Shown: piece after piece, positions 1-9,800 of the stretch | How the letters are laid out: every line of letters starts with the position of its first letter | Position numbering within the stretch: position 1 is the first letter of the stretch | Source: Catajapyx aquilonaris | Taxonomy: Eukaryota | Assembly (NCBI GenBank): GCA_000934665.2 | Contig: KZ539109.1 | Coordinates: 1-33,855, forward strand | DNA length: 33,855 bases | Reading direction: 5' to 3' | The notes under the pieces: model-generated | Databases searched by the model: none | What the model was told of the DNA's origin: nothing | The model's input: the letters and a program-made list of their open reading frames with translations, nothing else | Translations under genes and position numbers: made by a program

Positions 1-99
1 GTCTAGCCTATTTACCAGATGCACTTCAAAGAGAAATAAATAAAATAATGAGAGATGAAGTAACAGCGGGAAAGGTCCATAGCGACAAAAAGAAACGTC

Positions 100-172
100 G
101 TCTTCCTTTCAGGATTCGATCCTTCAACCTTCAGGTTACGAAGAGAGAGTCTTAACCACTAGACCACTGCGC
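100..172 (-). pseudogene. degenerate tRNA-like sequence (Thr-CGT-like loop), either a tRNA pseudogene or a SINE head
   Basis: The minus strand reads GCGCAGTGGTCTAGTGGTTAAGAC (A-box), then TTCGTAA, then GGATCGAATCC (B-box variant), followed by a T-run. Acceptor and anticodon stems pair poorly. Confidence 0.5.
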
Positions 173-1795
173 TACTTCTATACTGACACTCTCTCCATCA
201 TGTACTTATTGTAAAGAAAGGGCGTCACAAAATTCAACAATCACCATAAAATATTTGATTTAGGTTACATTTTTTAGCCTTATTAATGTTCTGATAAGTA
301 AAAGAATGTGATAATTATTTGTGTTTCAGTTATATCAAGTAAAAAAGGCATATTCATTATACAGTATGTTATCAGAAATCATTATTTTCGCGGCTTTTCC
401 AGTTTTCCCCGCCACTTCTTCCACCCTTTTCTCCCAGTCTTACAGTCTGATATCTTTTCTCCAACTGAACCTGCGTTACTGAGCTAGTCAGGGTGTGACC
501 CGAGGTCATGGGTCACACAATGTATTGTACTGTATGAAGCATATATACGATATACCTACCAGCTGTGTCCTTCTTTCTGAAGATTTGGAAATGGCCACCC
601 TATACCTGCTACAGAAGGCCTAAAGAGGGACATGTCCACTAAAAGAAAATAATACATTCCCACACATGAAGAGCATCGACTCTCACACTCGTCAAAAACA
701 AACAAAAAATGATAAGAAACTGCGTATGTTCCCAAATTATTCTGTCTGCAGTACGCCACCCCCATCATCACAGGATGTTACTCTCGAACTGATAATACTT
801 CAAGGGGTACTCTCTCAAAAGCAACGTGTATCCATGGTACACAGCGTTGCGTTTTTTAAAATGCACATTGTGTACTGCATTATGTACATTACTTAGTACA
901 ATGCAGTACACAATTTGCTGTGAATACCATGCATACAATCATATTGTTTTTAGAGCGCTTAAAACTTGTCATATATAAAATCCTGCTCTATTGAAAAAAT
1001 ACTTTTGGATCGCTGCGAGAGCCGACAGCCAATAATAAATTGATATGAAGAAATTAATATGAAGAAAGGATAACTAACTCTGCTCGAGTATATGTACAGG
1101 AAGCGCTCACCTACAATCCTGTAGTGTTGACGAGTACAAAATGAAGGATTAAAAATTGTCAATAAAAATTATCTAAAAATATGAACGTGGATCAGTTAAA
1201 AGAAAACATAATAACTTAATAATGCCGACTGTTTGAAACATTTATTATGCACATTTAATGGGAGGTTCCTGGTTACAATTAAGCATTGCGAATGGTTCAA
1301 CGAGATTGATAGTATCTGATGCAGTTGTGAACTGGGTTGTCTGAAAATCAGGTAAGACGCACATTATCCAGATTCAATTTTTTTGCCATTATTAGCTCCA
1401 TATTAGCCCCTAGACCAATGCAACACATGACAAATATTTACTGCATATGCGGGTAATTAGCTAGTACTGTAATACAGGCCAATGTTTAACTCGAACGAAT
1501 ACTTGAGTAACGGATTTTAATGTTTATATGAAATGACATGCTATAAAATTGAAGCTTTTTTGATTCTAAATTTCCTTAATAATATACTGTACTTGCTTCC
1601 CGGAAGACCTGGCACACCGAAATTACTCGTAATTGACCTGGAATCTCAAAGAGGAAGAATTGATTGAGGGATAATTAAGGTTCTTTATTAGCAAGCTTGT
1701 TTTTGTTTTTTCCGATCCACAGATACGGGAACAACACGCATTATATGAAAAAAGTTAATCTGTTTAATCGCACATACGTATAGATGTAGATTCTG

Positions 1796-4631
1796 CTAGG
1801 TATGACGGTGATGACGGTGCTTGAATATTCCTTCGAGCGTTCCTCTATGCATTTCTTGCTCCTCCTCCTCCTCCTCCAGGGGGTTTATGTGAACAGGAGC
1901 TCTGTCCTGCATCTGAGGAAGAGAACAGATAGTTGTGAAACTATTGGTCATTACTCACTTTATAGAGACAGAGACCCTTAACTGGCAACCTCATTTAGCC
2001 ATACTTAACTGGTAACGTGGGGTCCTTTTTGGACCCCACCTCGTTTTTTCGATTACAAACTTACATTAGCAAAAAAAGTCAAAATATAAATGCTTCCTAA
2101 ATTCGGCCGGGACTATAAGTGTCAGATAGAAAAAAAAAATTGATCACCTCTGACCCTTGGTTGACTCATGAGGCGGTGGTTACTGTTACCCGTATCCCAC
2201 GTTCGTGACCCAGCAGCTGTAATGGTGGTCTCCTTACAATACTATACATGGAGATATTTTTTTTTTACACCTCTGCGTTTTTTACAGGGCTGCAATACTA
2301 AACTAAACGAAAGAAAAGTTTCGTTCCGACGGAAACGAAACCAAACATGTTAGCTATACCATTTCGGTTCGGAAACGAAACTATATTAGCCGGACCACGT
2401 TCTGTTTCGTTACGGAAACGAAACCAAACATGTTAGCTATACCATTTCGGTTCGGAAACGAAACTAAATGATCCGGACCACGTTCTGTTTTGTTACGGAA
2501 ACGAAACTAAATGATCCGGACCACATTCTGTTACGGAAACTAAACGATTCTTAGGATTCTTATAGGATTCTTAGCTCATGTCACAGGAAACGAAACCAAA
2601 TCGGTTCGGTTACCTAAATCACTTTCGATTCCCGAGAATCGTTTCGTTCCGAGAACCCGAAGTTTTGTTTCCTTGACTTTCGTTTCCAGCATTATGTTCC
2701 TGCATTTAGTTTCGGTTCCAGAATCGTTTCGTTCCGAGAACCCGAAGTTTTGTTTCCTTGACTTTCGTTCCAGCATTTTGTTCCTGCATTTAGTTTCGGT
2801 TCCAGAATCGTTTCTGTTCACGAAAACTATTCGAACATACGGTTCTTTCAGTTTAGTTTAGTTTCCTTTTGCAGCCCTGGTTTTTTATGCTTTTGCTACA
2901 TCATGAATTTGCCGTGTCTATTTAGGGTCGGAAAAAACTGGTCGCTAACTGGTAACGTGGAGTCCTTTTTGGACCCCCAAGACGACTATAGTGAGCGATT
3001 AAATGACGTTAACTCGCTTTAGATTTTTTTTTCGTCCCTCATAATTTTTTTTCAGGTGTGAAAGAGTATATTTCAGGAATATAGGTGTGGGAATTTTCAT
3101 TTTGACAAAAATCTGCATCAAGGTGGTGACATAAGTATACCCTGGGGTCCGAGAAGGACCCCACGTAACCAATTCAGGGTTAAATAGGACGTTTGAAATC
3201 GTAGATTCGGTTTTAGTTATGCTGAAGTAAAAAAGGCGTATTTATTAGTATAATAGTGTGTATTGTACACAGCCTATACAGAGCATCTATGCCCTTCTTT
3301 TGGAGATTTGGAAATGGTGTCACCCTACATGAAATTATGTTCAATATTATGTGTTATGAACATGTTCATAGGTCTCCTCGTAATGAAGCAATAACTCCTA
3401 CGAAGTGGGGGTGTATCTCATTGTCAGCGGTACAGCGTTCGCTTTGCATGTGAAAGGTCCCGGGTTCTATCCCCGGCACCATTTTTTTAGCCCCTTGGGA
3501 TTGGAAGCACGACACGAGAGGGAAAAGCTCCCGAAGTTAGAGGCATATTTGTTTACTGTCTGGGAGCACCAGGGAGTACCGAAGAGTACCAAAGAGTACC
3601 ACTGCAGGTGTACACCGGAGTACCGAAGTGAGTACCCCCTTGATATTAGGTCTTCAAGAAGGTAAGCAGGCTATAATTTAATGAAATATCAAATTAAAAA
3701 CGCTTCGGCCATAGCATGCGACTGCCTCTTGAAAGACCTTCATTATTAGTGCATCTAGCATGGGCTTTTTCTTCTTTATAGGGTAAATATCAAGTGCAGA
3801 TTATTGTCTCGGATTTAGGCTGACTGGGAATTTCTAAGGCGAAATGACACTATAGTTGAATTAGCTTCCTTACTATCATTTAATGGGTGTTAAGTTTTGA
3901 ATCGCAACACATGCTATACTTATGAGGACCATCCTGAAAGAGAATTTGCCAGGTTATCTGGTGGCATGCAGGCTGATCCCTGTCATCAGTTCAGTGATTC
4001 GAACCTTATCAAGTGCCTATCTCCATAATGAAGCCCAAATGAACTAGGATAATTTCATTTTAGAAATTAGCAACATGCCTGAAAGTGAAAGTACCGTACC
4101 GACCAAAAAACACCAAGTTCACAAGACATGGGCAATTTTATTACAACACAAACTGTATACAGAATTGCCCACAAACAATTACGGGAGTGTTTGGGGTTGA
4201 TCCACTTGGAATCAACATAAACAGAATGGGAAAGAAAATGGGATGCACAATGAACACATTCAAATACATGAATTTTCCTCGATAGTCGACTATGGATTTG
4301 ATGACGCTAGTGAATTCTTCCCTTCATGTAATGGTCACAATAAAAACAAAATGTATCAGCCAAAAAAAGAACAAAGTATCCCAGTCTCACCTTTTTTTTT
4401 GTAGCCTAAACTTTGGTAGCAAATGTGTATAAAATCTCACCAAACTATCTCTCTCTCTCTCTGTATCGCTCTCACTCACTCACTTTTTCCACTTTTATTT
4501 TACTTTCGAACAAGAGATGCACTCACGCTTAACTTCAAATTGAACTCTTCCCCTTGGTTAGTCTCAATGTTTCGAGTGGTCGCCATCCCTGTTTTGATCG
4601 CTTTACATCTTTCCTGGAGGACAACGTCCAT
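1796..4631 (-). CDS. candidate small spliced orphan ORF, 73 aa, join(4527..4631,1796..1912)
   Basis: ATG at 4631, donor AGC|GTGAGT at 4527, acceptor TCTGTTCTCTTCCTCAG| at 1912. Both are phase 0, with TAG at 1796-1798 and ATTAAA about 28 nt downstream. No homology recognised. Confidence 0.3.
2004..3179. mobile_element. piggyBac-like non-autonomous element (left end degenerate)
   Basis: The right end is ...CCCCACGTAACCAATTCAGGG|TTAA. An inverted copy CTTAACTGGTAACGTGGGGTCCTTTTTGGACCCCA lies at 2004, a partial CCCTTAACTGG at 1975, and a third internal copy near 2946. Confidence 0.6.
2285..2879. mobile_element. hAT-family MITE nested in the piggyBac-like element
   Basis: TIRs CAGGGCTGCAA / TTGCAGCCCTG. 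Exact 8-bp TSD GTTTTTTA at 2277-2284 and 2880-2887. Internal arrays of GGAAACGAAAC and GTTTCGTTCC motifs. Confidence 0.9.
3407..3481 (+). pseudogene. tRNA-Ala(TGC) pseudogene
   Basis: GGGGGTG 5' end, intact anticodon arm TTCGC-TTTGCAT-GTGAA (TGC at 3445-3447), T-arm CCGGG-TTCTATC-CCCGG, and a T7 terminator. Defects: a 6-nt D-loop insertion, B-box GTTCTA, and a shortened 3' acceptor strand. Confidence 0.75.
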
Positions 4632-5009
4632 GAGAGTTTTATGTATCGTTTGTTGTTCTCAGAAACAACTGTCAGTCGCTTTGTCAATTTCAGTCACAAT
4701 ACTTGTTGATTTGTTATTCCATCCTCTAAGATCTACATAATTATGAAGTCACATATTTACAGCAGTGAGAAAACATATTCAGGTGGCCAAGAGTCTGGGC
4801 AGCTGGCAACCACAAAAACCAAGAAAATACAGTGGTATTGGTAGCAACTATTATTGCTTGTCAACATTGTGCACAGTCTCCAGGTCCTAAGACAACAGCC
4901 TTAATAAATATAACACATGCACACATCTAGTTTCTCTGAAGAATATTACTAATATGAAGGAAGGTAACAATACTCATATAAAGGGAAGGATGGCGACATG
5001 GGGGAGGTA

Positions 5010-5704
5010 GGGGTAGCCAAAGAGTTCTGCTATAATATATAATATACCTAGAGGAAGTACTCCCTTATCCTTTCCTATTAGCCAAGCTGAGGCAGCCACC
5101 TACTTTACTCAGGTAATATTGTTGCCTGCCTCACATTTCACCCCGAGGGCTCGCTCCAGGTATATTATACAGGGTGTTTCCGAGCTATCTTTACAAACTT
5201 CTAGGGGTAATAGAGGGGACCAAGACAAATATATTTCACATAGGAACCCATGTCCGGAAATGCCACCTAGAGGGGGTTCATAGACGAGGAATGGGTGTGC
5301 TCAGACGCGTCAGGTGGACGGCATTAGCGAGCTGACCGTTAGTTGCTTGATGGCGTGCAGATTGTATACAACTTCGCATTTCGCAACAACTCAGCATGCT
5401 AGGTAGCCCTCAGATAATAAACAACAACTCTGTTGTTGCCAAGTTATGACGAATTGCTGAGTTGTGTACAATCTGCGCGCCACCTAGCAACTAAAAGGTC
5501 CGCTCGCTAATGCCGCCCACCTGATGCGTCTGAGCCAGGTCTGAGCGCACCCGTTCCTTGTCTATGAACCCCCTCTAGATGGCGTTTCCGGACACGGGTT
5601 CCTATGTGAAATATGTTTGTCTTGGTCCCCTCTATTACCCCTATAAGTTTGTAAAGTTAGCTCGTAAACACCATGTATATTACAGCAGAACTCTTTGGGG
5701 TAAC
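5010..5704. repeat. older inverted-repeat element interrupted by a mariner MITE
   Basis: 5011-5054 (GGGTAGCCAAAGAGTTCTGCTATAATATATAATATACCTAGAGG) is the imperfect reverse complement of 5154-5169 plus 5678-5704 once the MITE and one TA are removed. Confidence 0.65.
5170..5675. mobile_element. Tc1/mariner-type foldback MITE
   Basis: TA|CAGGGTGTTTCCGAGCTA ... TAGCTCGTAAACACCATG|TA. Imperfect inverted arms of about 220 bp and a TA TSD. Confidence 0.9.
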
Positions 5705-5759
5705 CATCACTCACACATTCAACTGTTTGACTTAATTGTTGACAGCTGTGCATCACACT

Positions 5760-6125
5760 TAGAGAGCCTTGAAGAAAAGCATCGCCAACTTATTATGTAC
5801 GGGCTAGAGTGGCCTAACAGTGGGCTAGGATGGGCTCGAGTAATTTTAGAGAGTTTACGTGTCGTATGGGTGCCGCCATCCTGAATTGAGATGGAAACGG
5901 TGGCCGAAAGAACAATATTCGTATGCCCCCGCACAATTTGGATGGAGCCAGAAGGCCTGAACTACAATAGTGACATCATAGCCAGCCACCGTTTCCACGG
6001 TTTTAGAATACAGTTTCCACAGCGAAATTCAAGATGATGGCCCCCATACGACATGTAAACACTTCAAAATTACTCCAGCCAATCAGACAAAACAAGTTGT
6101 CAACTCTCTTCTTCAAGGCTCTCTA
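5760..6125. mobile_element. hAT-family MITE
   Basis: TIRs TAGAGAGCCTTGAAGAA / TTCTTCAAGGCTCTCTA. Exact 8-bp TSD ATCACACT at 5752-5759 and 6126-6133. Internal inverted subrepeats. Confidence 0.85.
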
Positions 6126-6644
6126 ATCACACTCCTTGGTAAAAAGTTGGTCGCAGTACTATTTTAAAATCTACTTTACAGAACAACAGGTAGTAACATC
6201 CAATCTGGTCATTTGGGCCACATTGGCGTGGAACTTCAATCTTTTTGTTACAAAACAATTGTTGTACACACAGTTCCAAAGAATATTACCTGAACATTTT
6301 CATTACTAACATAAATAATATATTACATCAGCAAGTAATGCTTGCAGGAGTTAAATAAAGTAGCATGCAATGCAACTACCTTCACTTAAAAACAAGACTA
6401 AACGAAAATCACTGCCATGAAAACGAAAACCTCAGCATATGCAGTGGCCCAGCTGCACCACAACTCCCGCCAAATGTCCTCCATGCGCCTGCTCTTGAAA
6501 AAGAAAGGCACTCGGATGGTGGCAAAAGGGAGCAGGGCAACAGTGTTCTGTGTTTTGATGGCCCCTCTGCCCCTTCCCACCAAACCTCACAGTAAAAACA
6601 ACTGAACCATTGCAGACTTGGCACTGGACACCTGCAAAAATGAT

Positions 6645-6898
6645 TCAATCATAGCTTCTGTTAGAGTCAAATGACTCATCAGAGTCTGAATTGTCCGTCG
6701 AGTCACACGATTCGTTGAGGTTGTGGTCTCCTTGTTGTGAGGATTGGCCACTCCCTCTAGCCTTTGGGAGCTTCTTCCCTCGACTCTTCTGCCCCACTTC
6801 TGGATGACCAGACCGGTTCGCTGAATGTTCATTACGGAACTCAAACACCAAAGGATAAACGTGCTCTATAGCCTGCTGAACTAAAAGAACACGGGGGG
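6645..6898 (-). CDS. TBPL1: TRF2/TBPL1 coding exon 3 (last)
   Basis: Acceptor TTTTTTTTCCAG|CC in phase 1. Encodes APRVLLVQQAIEHVYPLVFEFR and a basic then Ser/Asp-rich tail, with TGA at 6645-6647. Confidence 0.9.
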
Positions 6899-9800
6899 CT
6901 GGAAAAAAAAGGGGAGGGGGATTAAGCACAATAATACTTCCGATGGAACTTAATCTAATTACGCATGGGCACTTTCACAAATTGGGGTTAGTTCTTCATC
7001 CTACTTTTCACTACTATTAACACTAATAGCTATCAAGCATAATTTGAATCATGTATTTGGAAAGGTGTTGTAGTTGCACCACTATGTGTGGGATGCATAA
7101 AATACCAGCTATACAGGTGCGATTACTAATCCATTTAGTCCAAACAGAAGTGTAGTACTCAGACTTCTGTGGTGTTTGGCCCTGAAGCTAATCTAATTCT
7201 CATAAAAAATAATTCCTTTCTGATGCAAGTGACGTAGCTTCTTAAATTTAATTTCATTACCAATGCACCATCATGCCATGAGCCACAGAAAAATACACTG
7301 CATTTTGAAATAGCTGATCCCTCAGTTGTCAATACAAATAAATTATGCGACATAACATTTAATTCCGTCCACTTCGAACTGCTGCACAAAAGCGGTTCGA
7401 GTACTTTCAGTTGCAGGGGACTAAAAATTTCAGGGCCTGTATTATTATTTCAGCAAGAAGTATTACCACTGACAACAGCTGCTTAACATATTTTCTAATT
7501 TACATTTTTCTCATTGCCCAGGCCATTCTGATACAATACTGTCCACTCAGCTTTGGTACATTTCTCTTGTCAAAGGCATGTCTTTTGACTGATGTGTTAT
7601 TTTCACAACTGCAATTTAAAGCACCCGATGAGGTGCAATTCTCTCATGTCGTATATTGCACACCTTACGTTATTATACACATATGGTGCCTTTTAAAAAT
7701 ATTTTTGATTTCTCAAGTGGTTTAACAGGTCCAATTTCCCCTCAGCCTTAAGCTTAAGGAAGAATTTCCAAGCCCCCTGGTTAGTGTAATGCATGTCACT
7801 GGAAAAAGAAAACATCATTGTACAAATACTGCTAATTTCATATAAATTCTACATCATCACATTTTTACTTCATATCCATGGCAGGTGCAATATTTTACAT
7901 TAGTGAAATGTCCATATTAAATTTTAACCACTCTTTTCTGCCTAATAACAAGATACAAATACTGGTGAAACCTATGACAAGTTTCTACTGCCTTTTATCA
8001 CAAAAAAAAGCTAGAACTGCAATGTGTAACATGGGCAAGTGTTACTTGCCTGGCAGCAATAGACTAGTCCAAATTGATGATTTACGCTTGGCCTTATCAC
8101 ACATTGCAATTGCATATTTAGTACTACTTCAGCGTAGCTCTGTAGTTAGAAGTCCCAACTTTACCAGTGACTGTGACACTCCCAGTTGAGAAGATCTTAA
8201 GGGTTGCTTTTGGATCTTTAAGCCTGAAAGTGACTCCTGGGTGGAGCTCTGGCTCGTAGCTCGCATTCTGCGGATGAGCCGCAGAGAAGGGGTTGATCTT
8301 GATGGCAAAAGGCATGCCGCACGTCCCCAGTACATTCACAATGCGGAAATTTCGAAAGCGCACAGAGTAGCCCATCTTCTGTAAGCAGCGAGCAACCTTT
8401 CTTGCAGCCACTTTCGCTTCGTCTTCGGATGTTGCTCCTGTGCATGTCACCTTCCCTGATGACCATATTGATGCTGTTATCTTTGGCCTACGAATCTTCA
8501 TTGTTACCATTTGCTGTAAAAAGCAAAATGGAAACATGGTGTCAGTGTATAGAAAAGTAACACTTTCATTATGGGAGTGGATTATTTGATTGCAATTTAA
8601 ACAAATAGCCATTCTTCCCTATTTGTGTGTGTGGGTGTGTGTGTGTGTGTGGGCGCGTATTGCTATCCTTGTGAGGAATTTTTTACGCGTTTTTCCGATC
8701 CTTGTGAGGAATTTCGTCATTACGAGGTAGTTTTCCTGTACCTCATAGTGAACACACGCCTCACAAGTCACAAGGATAGGGAAGAATCGCAAAAATACCT
8801 CATAAAGACAGTAAAAATATATTTCACCAAAATTTCGTGTGTTTCCTTGTAGGTTAGGTTAGTTTTAAATTTTAAATTTTGGAAAAACCTCACAAGGATA
8901 GGAATGCGCGCCTGGGTGTGTGTGTGNGGGGTGGGTGGGGGGGGGGGAAGAGGAGAGGAGAGAGGTTCCTTGGTAACTTTGTGCTCATGGTACCATGGAA
9001 TGTGAAGATTACTGCACCATTCACTCTGCTGCCAATATTCATGCAGAGCTATATCTGTGACACTGCACCATAGATGCATTTTAATTCTTCACCTCCTTCG
9101 CACAAGGACCACACGAATGGCATATAAAGTGAATTACGCTTTACCTCATGAGCACGATGTAGCTACAACGGTGTCTCCTCTCCGGCCAAAATAGCTACTT
9201 ATTCGTGAAGCCCCTATTGAAGGCAAGATCAGCTTAGAAAATCTGCCGACCCTAGGCCGACTTCGGGAGCCCGGGAATCAGCACATTTTGCTCAGATCCT
9301 TTTCTAATTCGTACCTGAAACCCACCAACAATCTACGGAAAGAAATATGTGAAATGTTCATCCTGCTTTCAGAGTAGTGCAAATGCATTCAGTTAATAAA
9401 TGCCACACATGTGCAGCTGCTTTAACCACCTGCACCGATGTGCCTTCTGTAACCCGAGTTCACTGTCTAACCATCCCAACAAATTAATGATATGCCTCCA
9501 TAAACATGTGAAGAATAGCAATTCCATTCAGAAATGCCAAAACTTAAATAACAAGAACCCTTCAGGCGGGGATCAAGTTAATTTGGGAGTAAAATCCTCG
9601 CTAACTAACAGCAGCAAAACAGTAATTTTCTCAGTTAATAATAATTAAATAATTCATACCCTGTTATCAGCCATCGGCTCTTTAGGGGGGAAGTTTGTTT
9701 TGCCTGGAACTCTTTGCTTTCATTTTACTGTGCTCTTTGGGATAGGATAGGGACGGAAGGAAGCGGCTGTGGCCTATTAATTACGGAAGCAACTTCGGAA

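Noticed and set aside
2325..2820. Regularly spaced repeats resembling a CRISPR array
   Set aside because: Eukaryotic context, spacers are themselves duplicated, and the array lies inside a TIR/TSD-bounded hAT MITE.
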